Source: an uncultured virus (IMG/VR IMGVR_UViG_3300029305_001143) (taxonomy: Duplodnaviria; Heunggongvirae; Uroviricota; Caudoviricetes). Taken from it: 64,000 nucleotides of DNA. Numbering within the stretch: position 1 is the stretch's first letter; every line of letters starts with the position of its first letter. The stretch lies in the IMG/VR virus record IMGVR_UViG_3300029305_001143, one strand, 5' to 3'. A model generated the notes under the pieces. It searched no databases and was not told the origin of the DNA. It saw only the letters and a program-made list of their open reading frames with translations. Positions 47,479 through 57,007 of the stretch are shown one piece after another. A program made the position numbers and the translations under genes.

Positions 47479-48011
47479 TCACACTCCCTATTGCAAGATC
47501 CGTTGATAATAATGTTATTAAACGTAGCAGTACCAGATACAGTGAGATCACCTGTTATCTTAGTATCTCCTAATAGTTCTATCAATCCTTTGGATACTCT
47601 AACTTTCGTATCTCCTATCTGGATCATATAATAATTTTCTTTCCGATGATAGGAGATCTTGCTATCTCCTTCTATATAGAAATCAACTATATCTTGATCG
47701 ATTTCTAACTCACCTTTAGCGTAAGTACCTCCTAAGTAAACTGGGAATTCTTTCACAGCTCCTTCGAAGAATACCCAGACTATATCTCCTTTATCAGGAA
47801 GATTCACACTACCTCTCACTTTACCTGAGTCATCTTTACCTACAGGAGATAGTACTAGAGGTCTAGCCCATGGTAGTATATCTATAGGATAAGTTAACTC
47901 TCCGTGTATAGAAGGGACTCGAATCTTACACCTTCCTAGATTCTCAGGATCTTCAATACTCTCTACGATACCTCTATAGAGAGATGGACACTGCCTAGAG
48001 TAATTAGACAT
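47469..48011 (-). CDS. Baseplate spike (gp5 N-terminal OB fold / gpV-like)
   Basis: DPENLGRCKIRVP, LPWA, PDKGDIVWVFFE, C-terminal Cys cluster. Confidence 0.85.
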   Translation of the reverse strand: MSNYSRQCPSLYRGIVESIEDPENLGRCKIRVPSIHGELTYPIDILPWARPLVLSPVGKDDSGKVRGSVNLPDKGDIVWVFFEGAVKEFPVYLGGTYAKGELEIDQDIVDFYIEGDSKISYHRKENYYMIQIGDTKVRVSKGLIELLGDTKITGDLTVSGTATFNNIIINGSCNRECDCP

Positions 48012-48020
48012 CTTCTCACC

Positions 48021-49766
48021 TTACCTCACTAACCACTTAGGATTTAACAACTCAATTCCTTCTACACTGAAAGTAGCGTTTCTGACTAGCTTCATTGTAG
48101 TCACCATCTCTCCACCTTGTATAGAATCTATGACATCATTGATACGATAGACTCCTGAAGTGTGGTGTAGGTACCCTGCATCCGTCACATTGATGATACG
48201 TATATAGTCATTCAACTTCACTGTAGGATCACCTACTATAGTCATAGTAGCTCCATAAGCATCATATCTCATAGCTTTCATATTGTAATATAGCTTACTC
48301 TTCATCTGAGCAGCTGAGTAACCTGCAGCGTCTACTGAAGGGACAGACTGATATGAGTTAGTATGAGTCATATCTCCTGTAGCTACAGTCACTACAGAAG
48401 ACTTAGTAGCTTTATGACTACTAGGAGACTTAGTCTTCGTATCGAATACAGAGCTTTTATAGCCTGTAGTGATCTCGAAGTCTCCTCTACCTCCGAATAC
48501 TCCTTTTATGTCGAAAGACAAGTCAATGACAGGACTATCATAACCTTTCTGGTATATGTAAGTCTTCATATCAGTGATCAAAGCGCTATCAGCGTCATAG
48601 CTTTCTCTCTCGAAATGAGGATAACCTTCCTCATCAATATAGAATGTGAAAAGTTCTTCACCTTCCTGAGAAGCTTGAGGGATGATAGTATCATGTATAT
48701 AAGTCAGAGGATAATCTTCTATCATATTGAAAGGATTGTCTGCTACTACATCTGCAGAACTATCGAAGTACTCAGGGTGAGTTGTAGTATCATACCCTAG
48801 AGACTCACAGATCTTCTTCACAGCTTCTGTAGGATTGTAAGTACCTAGTGTTAAAGACCTAGGAGATAGATTCTCATAAGCTCCTTCTGTAACTGAAGAA
48901 ACTGAGAGGATGGCTCCTGTGTTCACGAAAGAGATAGAGTAGTTAAGTAGTCTGTGTTTAATCTTCTTCGACTTTAGACCTGTACCATAGTAGCCATATT
49001 CTATATAGATATGATCGAAATTCTGTGAAAGAACCCACTCTATCTCTTCCCAGTTATCATCGAATACAGTGAAAGATGCAGACTCTCCTGCATCTTGCAT
49101 ACGATTATATTCGAATGACTGTAGTATGTTAGGTTTGGGAGGCTCTGTTGAAAGTAATACCAGATTATCTCCTATATAGATATTTACGAAAGCATGTAAT
49201 GGTTGAGGAGTAACGTCTGACACTCTCCTAGCCATGAAGAGTCCACTAGATGCATCGACTGTATACATAGACTCTATAGAGTCAGTACTACTAGAGTTAG
49301 AACTACTACCTGTATAGTCTGGAGATACTATACTAGATCCTCCTGCTGTTATGTAAGGTTGAGGATCTATAGGAGTACCATTGATTCGTATCTCGAAATG
49401 CAGGTGAGGTCCTGTACTAGCACCTGAACTACCTACGTATCCTAGTAGATCACCTGCAGTGACGATATCTCCTGCACTGAGATGACTTCGGCTGTTCATG
49501 TGAGCATATCTAGTCTCTACCCCATCCGTGTGCTTGATGATGATATAGTGTCCGTATCCTCCATCCTGATAAGCTACAGTACTTACTGTACCATCAGCTA
49601 CGGCTAGTATAGCTTCTGCTGCTCCTCCATACGTGCCTAGGTCTATACCTTTATGCTCAGAAGAGGTAGTACCTTTAGATGTATCCATAGGCTTTCTATA
49701 TCCAAAAGTGCTAGTGATAGTATAGGTACCGTCCTTCAAAGGATTATTCTTATATAGAAAAGCCAA
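48021..49766 (-). CDS. M23 peptidase fused to a baseplate hub-like domain
   Basis: HKGIDL, YAHM, STGPHLHFE; C-terminal IVGDP...SGVYRI. Confidence 0.85.
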   Translation of the reverse strand: MAFLYKNNPLKDGTYTITSTFGYRKPMDTSKGTTSSEHKGIDLGTYGGAAEAILAVADGTVSTVAYQDGGYGHYIIIKHTDGVETRYAHMNSRSHLSAGDIVTAGDLLGYVGSSGASTGPHLHFEIRINGTPIDPQPYITAGGSSIVSPDYTGSSSNSSSTDSIESMYTVDASSGLFMARRVSDVTPQPLHAFVNIYIGDNLVLLSTEPPKPNILQSFEYNRMQDAGESASFTVFDDNWEEIEWVLSQNFDHIYIEYGYYGTGLKSKKIKHRLLNYSISFVNTGAILSVSSVTEGAYENLSPRSLTLGTYNPTEAVKKICESLGYDTTTHPEYFDSSADVVADNPFNMIEDYPLTYIHDTIIPQASQEGEELFTFYIDEEGYPHFERESYDADSALITDMKTYIYQKGYDSPVIDLSFDIKGVFGGRGDFEITTGYKSSVFDTKTKSPSSHKATKSSVVTVATGDMTHTNSYQSVPSVDAAGYSAAQMKSKLYYNMKAMRYDAYGATMTIVGDPTVKLNDYIRIINVTDAGYLHHTSGVYRINDVIDSIQGGEMVTTMKLVRNATFSVEGIELLNPKWLVR

Positions 49767-49780
49767 AAGATATTACCTCC

Positions 49781-50113
49781 TTACAGCAAGATTCCTTTAT
49801 GACCATATAATGTTTCTATATTAGGTATCCTGATTAGAGCTCCAGGCTCTAATAGTTCAAAAGGATCATATATATTATTAGCTTGAGCTAAGATCCACCA
49901 GAGGAGTGGATTATTATAATATTGATGAGCTAGCATGTCTAGTCGAGAGACTTCATGAGACTGGACTCTATGATAAGTGTCTCTAGGATGTACAGGTATC
50001 TCGACTATCTCTCTAGTGGATAGAAGTACCTCTCCTGTAGCTTTATCCTTCAATAAGTGACAATTCTTGTATCTGTCATATACATCTCTAGAATTATTCC
50101 TTAATCTTTCATA
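49781..50113 (-). CDS. LysM-like / T4 gp53-like baseplate protein
   Basis: RLDMLAHQYYNNPLLWWILAQAN, IRIP. Start uncertain (ATG-less; track gives GTG 50128). Confidence 0.6.
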   Translation of the reverse strand, partial: YERLRNNSRDVYDRYKNCHLLKDKATGEVLLSTREIVEIPVHPRDTYHRVQSHEVSRLDMLAHQYYNNPLLWWILAQANNIYDPFELLEPGALIRIPNIETLYGHKGILL

Positions 50114-51819
50114 GTAACTTGTGTCCACCCTCTATTCCTCCTTTCTGTGAATACAGGAGCTACAGTAGCAGGACCTGAATACTTGTCATAGAGGGAACTT
50201 ATATCCTGAGTAGATGTCGCTGTGTATTGATTATCTCGGACATCTCTATAATCAGGAGGATTAACTGCAACCTGAGTTACAGTGAAACTGACTTTCAGAT
50301 ACATAGCTCTATTGAACTCATCTAGAGGTTTCAGATGCTCCACTGTGACATTGCTCACTACACCTACTATATTAATAGCAGATCCTAGTATAAGATGAAC
50401 AGTAGCAGGTGGACGAGCTATCACATTTGAATAGTCAGGATATTCCAGAGATTTGAGGAAATAAGCATCAGAGTGCAGTCTACTGACAGTATCTAATCCA
50501 CTCTCTCCTGACTTAGCAGCATATAATCCCACTCCTGCATACAGATCTAGACTGATAGTGATAGTTCTTGAATTAGTAGAATCATAAGACTGTACTGCAA
50601 CTGATCTGCCTCTAATATTCACAGGAGACCAATTAGCTCCTGCCTGCTCTGTGAATTCAGGGATATAGAATTTGAACTCTTCACCGTAAGTCATATCGAT
50701 TAAGTAACCATAATCGTAACCTACAGCTTCCACTCTAGATAAATTATGCCCTATAGTCTCAGTATGAGGATCAGCAGCACTCAATGATATATAGTCGATA
50801 GCTTCTCCTCCACTCTGTGAGGAAGTACTACTAGAAGAGTTGAAAATAGTAGTCTCGGAATCTGCTAATATTCTGAGGATATAAGTAGGATTTCCTATAG
50901 GCTCTCTAACTATAAGACCAGCTCCAGAGGAGGCATACACTCTAGTATCCTGACTTGTAGCGATAGCTATTGTACCTATCTTACCTTCTGAGTTCTCATA
51001 GAATAGTAAGTCTCCGAGAGCTAAATCATCCAAGGTGACTTTCTTAGCAGACCCTATATACAAGTCATAGTAACCTTGTGCCGTAGAAGGTCTAATACCT
51101 ACTCCTGCCTCTCTGTAGCAGTAATAGACTAAACCTGGATCATCTGCTCCTGATTTATTGGTATCATACATGTCTCCTCCTGCTATGTATGATTTACCTA
51201 CACAGTTGTTAGCATTATCGACTATCTTACTACCTATATTACTCACAGGAGCAGAGGACTCTGAATTGTCTGGGTCTGAGTAATGAGCCCAGTATACATT
51301 ACGTGCGGTACGTCCCCTAGCAGCTGCTGTAGTCTCTCCTCCTGCAGGTCTCTCGAATTCTCTACAGAACTCAGCTCCTGCAGCTTCTGCTCCTGCAGCA
51401 GTATCCTGGTAATCTAATAGATCATTCCATAGATCTTTGAAGTCAGCCTTCAGCTCTTTTATCAGGAAATTTATCTGCATACTAAGATCACCTATAGAGG
51501 TTTTCATAGTATTCCTAGCATAATTATAGAGAGCACCTTTACGAGTGGAGTAAGTCCACTGAGCTATACCGTATCCTGCGGAGTCAAATGTGAATCGACG
51601 CTGGTCATAATTGCCACTATTTACAGCACTAGTATAAGATTCGTCAGTATAACCTAACTTATTCTCATAACTATTCTGTAAGTTGATAGGATTAAATCCT
51701 GACTCTGCTTGAAGATTAGCTAATACTCCACAAGCTGCAGCTCTATTGAGACCTGCAGCCATCAATCCTCTGTATATCTCTAATTCATTATTAGCATACT
51801 TTCCAGTAGTTGCAGGCAT
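50101..51819 (-). CDS. Tail lysozyme + degenerate NlpC/P60 + tube-initiator-like domain
   Basis: ANLQAESG, GYGIAQWT, FERP; GADDPGLV; C-terminal LEYPDY...PPATVHLILG. Confidence 0.8.
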   Translation of the reverse strand: MPATTGKYANNELEIYRGLMAAGLNRAAACGVLANLQAESGFNPINLQNSYENKLGYTDESYTSAVNSGNYDQRRFTFDSAGYGIAQWTYSTRKGALYNYARNTMKTSIGDLSMQINFLIKELKADFKDLWNDLLDYQDTAAGAEAAGAEFCREFERPAGGETTAAARGRTARNVYWAHYSDPDNSESSAPVSNIGSKIVDNANNCVGKSYIAGGDMYDTNKSGADDPGLVYYCYREAGVGIRPSTAQGYYDLYIGSAKKVTLDDLALGDLLFYENSEGKIGTIAIATSQDTRVYASSGAGLIVREPIGNPTYILRILADSETTIFNSSSSTSSQSGGEAIDYISLSAADPHTETIGHNLSRVEAVGYDYGYLIDMTYGEEFKFYIPEFTEQAGANWSPVNIRGRSVAVQSYDSTNSRTITISLDLYAGVGLYAAKSGESGLDTVSRLHSDAYFLKSLEYPDYSNVIARPPATVHLILGSAINIVGVVSNVTVEHLKPLDEFNRAMYLKVSFTVTQVAVNPPDYRDVRDNQYTATSTQDISSLYDKYSGPATVAPVFTERRNRGWTQVTMKD

Positions 51820-51827
51820 ATACTATA

Positions 51828-54800
51828 TCACCTCTCTGTAGATAAGTAACTCTGGATGAAGCTTCTGCCTACAGAGTGTCTATTCCTACTCTCAGATGCA
51901 GCTTCTCTCTTGATATTATCTGACTTCCACTCAGCCAGGAACTCTCTGATCTCCTTGAGCTCTTCTACGAATGAAATAAAGTACTCTCTAGTCTCTCTAG
52001 TAGTAGATTCTTGAGTAGCCTTTATCTGATCTGCCATAGACTGCATCTCAGCAGTATTAGCTGCAGGATTATACTTCTTAGGTACGACAGCTTCACCTTC
52101 ATGTAGTAGAGCTATCTGGTCGTGAGGAATATAGTTAGTACCAGTAGCGTAACCTGTCAATCCCCACTTCTCAGCTGCAGCACCTATCTCTGTATACTTT
52201 TCACTCTTATAACCCTCTTCTTTGAGCTGATCTAGGAATTCCTTGGCAGTCTCTTCATTAGGAGCATGTAGAGCTTTAGCTGCTAGTTCCAGTACATGAC
52301 TAGCCTCCTCTACTCCATAATAAGTACCTTCTTTAGGAGTGACACTACCTACTATCTTAGCTCCTGTCTCATTAGCTGCAGCCATCTTCTCAGTAGCTCT
52401 CATGAATTCTTCAGCTCCAAAGTTAGCATTCTGGAATACAGTATTCCAGGCTCCCTTGTCTAGGATACGATTAGCTTCCTTCTTGGATAACTCTCCGTCC
52501 TCGTAAGCTTTGACCATCTCTTCATAGATCTTCTGAGTATTCTTATCGAATTCGACTCCATTAGCTTTCTGAGACTCTAGATCTTTCAATAGAGAATACA
52601 TCAAGGCATCAGTAGCTTCTAGTTCTTGACTACCTTCCTTCAGCTTCCCTGAATCATTCCAGTCCTGGAGTGCTTCCTCAAGACCCATTTTCAGGTCTTT
52701 GATATACTGCTTATCACTCTTCTCGTACTTGTCTAATGCGAGCTCATAGTCAGGAGTAAATTGTTTAGTAGCCTTTAGGTAAGCTTCAGTCAGAGACTTT
52801 AATCCTTCTATATCAGCTTCCCTAGCCTTCTGTAAATCTGACTCTGACAAGATACCGGACTGGATTAGCTTAGATCTCATCTTCTCAAGATCTTCATCAT
52901 GTTTCAGTCCAGCTTTTACCTCTAGTAGTGTATCTTCATTGTCCTTAGCTTGATTGACTACAGTCTTCTTAGCTTGCTCATAGGCTTTCTCTATAGCTGC
53001 TGTCTCTCCTATAGTAGTAGCGGACTTGATAATATTCTTAGCTAGTAGAGCAACTCCTCCTACTGCAAGAGCTACCCAGCCTATAGGATTGGAGACTCCT
53101 AGAGCTACTAAAGCTCCCATACCTGCTAATCCTCCAGCAGCTTCGACACCTGCAGCTACTCGAGTACCAGCATTATTCTGCTTATCTAGCATGTCCTTGA
53201 CTCCATCATAAGTCATAAGACCTCCAGCAGCTAGACCTCCTGCCATCATAGCTGCACCACCTAGACCTCCACCTAGAGAAGCAACTTTAGTTAATCCGTC
53301 ACTAGCTCCCATAGCAGCATTACCTATACTTGATCCGCCCATAGTAGAGAAGGTAGAAAATTGCCCCTTTACAGCACTCTTAGCACCAAATGTCTGCAGG
53401 ATATTACCTAATCCTCTACTAGAAGTAGCTCCAACTCCTGAAGCTACTTCTCCAAGAGCAGACCCTCCACCTCTTAATGTCTTGATGGACTGTATAGCTG
53501 TAGGTAATATACCTGCTAATAATGCAACATCTGAGAAACCAAACCCTAAAGGATTCATCTCCTGTATACTAGCTAACTTCGAGTATATCTTCTCTAGCCA
53601 GTGGTTAGCTTTATCAGCCATACTGACATACTTATCCTCAGCTAGCTCTGTCATAGTAGGTTGAGCATATTTACTCTTACTCAGGAACTCTTCCAGACTG
53701 ACATAATTAGCGGAGTTCATAGTATTCCATGCATCCATAGCTGTATCTCTATCTAATCCTAGATTATCTAGAGCAGCTCCCATAGCATAAGAACCATCTA
53801 TAGTATTGAATGCAGAATAGATACCATTCATCAGAGCTTTAGTTAGCTCTTCGAACTGACCTGCCTTCGCCATATCTGTAGCTGTAGCAGTGTCCTTTAT
53901 ACCTCCACGAGTTAGTATATTAGCTAACTCAGGATGACTACTATAATCACCATAAGCTATAGCATTCAGGTACTGAGTATAAGGAGCAGAGTTGATATCC
54001 ATACTCTCTAGCCAGGATGTATAGTGAGAGATAGTCTCTAGCATCTCTTCTCTCTTAGCGTTATCATTACCAGCACTGTAGCTTATCCACTTCTCTAAAG
54101 CTTGGATATTCTGTAGAGTAGCTTCAGCGTTAGCAGAGTTACCTGCTGTATTACCTCTGATTTCATTCAGAGCATCTTCCATGTTAGTGGAAGAGAAGCT
54201 ATATCTGGTATAGAATTTATTGAATAGGTCAGCTACTGTATTGATACCTACATCTAGAGTCTCTTGAGTAAGTAGTAGAGGCTTAGCCATCTCTTCTATA
54301 GCTTCAAGATTACTAGTAATTCCCTGAGTAGCAGCTACTATCTGTCTATAGGACTCAGTAGGACTATACAAATATCCTGTCTCTTTATTCAGGTCGGATA
54401 CTATAGAGACTATCTCTGATCTGAACTCTCTCACAGTGGCTCCGCTCATACCAGAGAGCATGATCATCTGATTACTGATAGTAGAGAATTCATCTGCTGC
54501 TCTACCTATAGTACCCATATGCTTCATCAGGAAGTTCCCTGCTCCTGCTAGTACTGTCATGAACTTAGAACCTGAAGAAGCTAACTGGTCCCCTGTATCC
54601 TTCATCTGCTTACCTGAATTCTCTGCACTACTCTTGAAACTAGCTGCTGCTGCATTAACTGTAGTACCAGCTTTATCCATCTGTCTAGTGAATTCTTCAG
54701 CTTTACCTGTCAGATCCTTAGTAATAGAAGCTACATTCTTAGCTGTAGCTTCTGAGGCACGTGACATATTTTCGATAGCAAGCTCCATCTTACTCATAGA

Positions 54801-54920
54801 ACTTGCTAACTGCTGACTGATACGCAGACTATCTCCAAATGACTTATCTAGGGACTCTAGCACTTTCAACTGTTTGTTCTGGTAAGCACTCCAGTTAAGT
54901 TCTTGTTTGAATACAGCCAA
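51828..54920 (-). CDS. Tape measure protein
   Basis: 1030 aa, helical and Ala/Gly-rich, NPIGW motif, YATGTNYIPHDQIALLHEGEAVVP; downstream of the chaperones. Confidence 0.85.
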   Translation of the reverse strand: MAVFKQELNWSAYQNKQLKVLESLDKSFGDSLRISQQLASSMSKMELAIENMSRASEATAKNVASITKDLTGKAEEFTRQMDKAGTTVNAAAASFKSSAENSGKQMKDTGDQLASSGSKFMTVLAGAGNFLMKHMGTIGRAADEFSTISNQMIMLSGMSGATVREFRSEIVSIVSDLNKETGYLYSPTESYRQIVAATQGITSNLEAIEEMAKPLLLTQETLDVGINTVADLFNKFYTRYSFSSTNMEDALNEIRGNTAGNSANAEATLQNIQALEKWISYSAGNDNAKREEMLETISHYTSWLESMDINSAPYTQYLNAIAYGDYSSHPELANILTRGGIKDTATATDMAKAGQFEELTKALMNGIYSAFNTIDGSYAMGAALDNLGLDRDTAMDAWNTMNSANYVSLEEFLSKSKYAQPTMTELAEDKYVSMADKANHWLEKIYSKLASIQEMNPLGFGFSDVALLAGILPTAIQSIKTLRGGGSALGEVASGVGATSSRGLGNILQTFGAKSAVKGQFSTFSTMGGSSIGNAAMGASDGLTKVASLGGGLGGAAMMAGGLAAGGLMTYDGVKDMLDKQNNAGTRVAAGVEAAGGLAGMGALVALGVSNPIGWVALAVGGVALLAKNIIKSATTIGETAAIEKAYEQAKKTVVNQAKDNEDTLLEVKAGLKHDEDLEKMRSKLIQSGILSESDLQKAREADIEGLKSLTEAYLKATKQFTPDYELALDKYEKSDKQYIKDLKMGLEEALQDWNDSGKLKEGSQELEATDALMYSLLKDLESQKANGVEFDKNTQKIYEEMVKAYEDGELSKKEANRILDKGAWNTVFQNANFGAEEFMRATEKMAAANETGAKIVGSVTPKEGTYYGVEEASHVLELAAKALHAPNEETAKEFLDQLKEEGYKSEKYTEIGAAAEKWGLTGYATGTNYIPHDQIALLHEGEAVVPKKYNPAANTAEMQSMADQIKATQESTTRETREYFISFVEELKEIREFLAEWKSDNIKREAASESRNRHSVGRSFIQSYLSTER

Positions 54921-54953
54921 GTACTATCACCTCCTAGATGAGTTGACTGTAAA

Positions 54954-55265
54954 TTATAGGATATTGATATTAAATATACTTTCGACAATCAGTAAGAGGA
55001 TGCCTACGATCACTAGTACTCCAGTAGCAAGAAGGAGATACCCTCCATCAGAAGGATGACTATTGTAGTGACCTCTACGACTACCACTCACGCTCCTAAT
55101 ATTACGAGCGATGATGACAACTTCGCCAGGACTGAGGATATGATCTTTCAGATCACTATAATCAATGTATCCTCCAGGGACAGAGTGACCTAAGTTCTTC
55201 TCGATATTACGAAGATTATTTCGGATAGTTACAACCTCGCCAGGACTAAAGATTTTGTTATTCAT
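54954..55265 (-). CDS. Moron-like small membrane protein with internal repeat
   Basis: Two SPGEVV repeats, a C-terminal TM helix and its own class A promoter. Confidence 0.6.
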   Translation of the reverse strand: MNNKIFSPGEVVTIRNNLRNIEKNLGHSVPGGYIDYSDLKDHILSPGEVVIIARNIRSVSGSRRGHYNSHPSDGGYLLLATGVLVIVGILLLIVESIFNINIL

Positions 55266-55310
55266 AACTCATTCTCCTCTCGGATTAGGTAACTTCTTCC
55301 TTACATTATT

Positions 55311-55338
55311 ATAATTCGTGATATATCTCTATATCCCT
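55311..55338 (-). promoter_or_regulatory. Class A promoter motif
   Basis: AGGGAT-N12-CACGAATTAT. Confidence 0.7.
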
Positions 55339-55342
55339 TTAA

Positions 55343-55561
55343 TTAATTAGGTAGGAAGTTACCTAATCCTCCAGACACCTGAGCTAAGTTCATATCATAC
55401 TCTCTATCTGTCTTCATTGACTCATTTAATAGCTGCATATACTTATTGAATTCATAAGTAGATAACTGATCTACCTCAGATGGTTGTATATGAGCGTAAT
55501 AAGACAGATAGAATGAAGACGTCACTGTGGACTCTAAATCACCTGCTAATGTGAGGACGAA
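55343..55561 (-). CDS. Tail assembly chaperone C-terminal extension (probably frameshift-expressed)
   Basis: Open +1 frame overlapping the chaperone end, no good RBS/start, lies between chaperone and tape measure. Confidence 0.5.
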   Translation of the reverse strand, partial: FVLTLAGDLESTVTSSFYLSYYAHIQPSEVDQLSTYEFNKYMQLLNESMKTDREYDMNLAQVSGGLGNFLPN

Positions 55562-56309
55562 AGAAGTCGGCAGAGAACTGCAGGTCGATATCGATGTACT
55601 CACCGCACTCAGGACAAGTGTACTCCATCACAGGGAGGATACCATAAGTAACGCTATCTCTAGCAGCGATAATAGTAGCAGCATCCAGGTCAGTCAGAGC
55701 ACTGATATATCTCTCGATATCTAAGGAGCCAGTGAGTTCCTTCTTGCCATCCTTATTAGGAGAGGCTAATTCGATTCTCTCAACAGAACGTACGATACGC
55801 AGGATGTAGTCAGAATCATCTACTGCATTTCTCTTCTTTCTACGCTTCAGCTCTCTAGCAATTTCCTCATGATCTTCATTCGTCAGGATCTTAGTATACA
55901 CTTTATCTCCTCTATGAGGCAGAGTCACTACTAGCTTCTCATCGTATCCATCCTCTAGCATCTCCACAGGGATCTCAGAGAGATCAACTGAAACATCGAT
56001 CTTTTTACCACACTCAGGGCATCTAGTACGGAACTTATAATCCTTACCATAGGATAGGATACGTAGCTTGAACAATAGATACAGAGTGTCAGCAGTAGTC
56101 AGCTTAGATACATCGAAACCCTCAGGAGAGGTAACAGTACGCTGCAGTAACTGATGAATAGCAGATCCTGCAGATTGATTAGAACCTGATAGGAATTTCT
56201 GATCCGCCACCATCATACACCTCTGGACCAGCTTGCCTTCAGGGATCTCAGGATTCAGTAAACCCTGAGAAGGTAGGGTGATTTCTTGAGTGAAATTAGA
56301 ATTTTTCAT
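55539..56309 (-). CDS. Tail assembly chaperone / T4 gp26-like
   Basis: ITLPSQG, LRILSYG, two CPECG motifs, C-terminal FFRP. Confidence 0.75.
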   Translation of the reverse strand: MKNSNFTQEITLPSQGLLNPEIPEGKLVQRCMMVADQKFLSGSNQSAGSAIHQLLQRTVTSPEGFDVSKLTTADTLYLLFKLRILSYGKDYKFRTRCPECGKKIDVSVDLSEIPVEMLEDGYDEKLVVTLPHRGDKVYTKILTNEDHEEIARELKRRKKRNAVDDSDYILRIVRSVERIELASPNKDGKKELTGSLDIERYISALTDLDAATIIAARDSVTYGILPVMEYTCPECGEYIDIDLQFSADFFRPHISR

Positions 56310-56392
56310 AAGGATGTCTCCTCCTCCAACAATAGTTCAGTCATTAAGTCTTACCTGATCAGAGCTTATGGACCTAATAGTAGTATAATACT

Positions 56393-56424
56393 AAAGGAGC
56401 CTCAGGTAATCCCAAGGCTCCTTT
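56393..56424. terminator. Intrinsic terminator after the tail tube gene
   Basis: AAAGGAGCCT / AGGCTCCTTT. Confidence 0.7.
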
Positions 56425-56443
56425 GTAGTACTAAGATATCAAA

Positions 56444-56992
56444 TTAAGCGTTAGTCAGCATCTCCTGCTCGTACTGCTCACGGCTAATAGTAGCCTTGTC
56501 GTACTGGAGAGTGATGTTGATAGTCTTGACACCAGGACTATCGTAGCTTACCTGACCATAGTCAACAGCACTAGGCCAGACTCCCTCCAGATTCCACACA
56601 CGGAGTAGAGTTCCGTCAGGAGCATACTGAGTCACGTAGGCAGGTTTCTTGTAGTTGGCAGCGAATCCGATCTTGTCAGTAGCCTTGTCGTAGACAGAGG
56701 CACGCCAATCGTCGATGACTTTCTCCATGTCCTCCTGGATCAGGTCTCTGACGACCAGAGAACCACTACCATTAGCATTAGCCTTACCAGCCACAGTAAT
56801 AGTAGTATTGCCGTAGTTCAGAGAGATTACCTCGTTAGACTCGTTAGGCAGGAATCCAGACACGACAGCTAAGATCAGAGGTCTAACCTTAGTGACATTA
56901 TCGATCTGAATCTCAAAGTTGTTAGTACGCTGTACTTCGTATCCAGCAGAAGCAAGATGGGAAGCACCTAAAGATTCAATAGTACTAGGCAT
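56444..56992 (-). CDS. Tail tube protein (T4 gp19-like)
   Basis: RTNNFEI, WNLEGVWPSAVDYG, ITLQYD; follows the sheath gene. Confidence 0.85.
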   Translation of the reverse strand: MPSTIESLGASHLASAGYEVQRTNNFEIQIDNVTKVRPLILAVVSGFLPNESNEVISLNYGNTTITVAGKANANGSGSLVVRDLIQEDMEKVIDDWRASVYDKATDKIGFAANYKKPAYVTQYAPDGTLLRVWNLEGVWPSAVDYGQVSYDSPGVKTINITLQYDKATISREQYEQEMLTNA

Positions 56993-57007
56993 AGTATCCC
57001 TCCTCTA

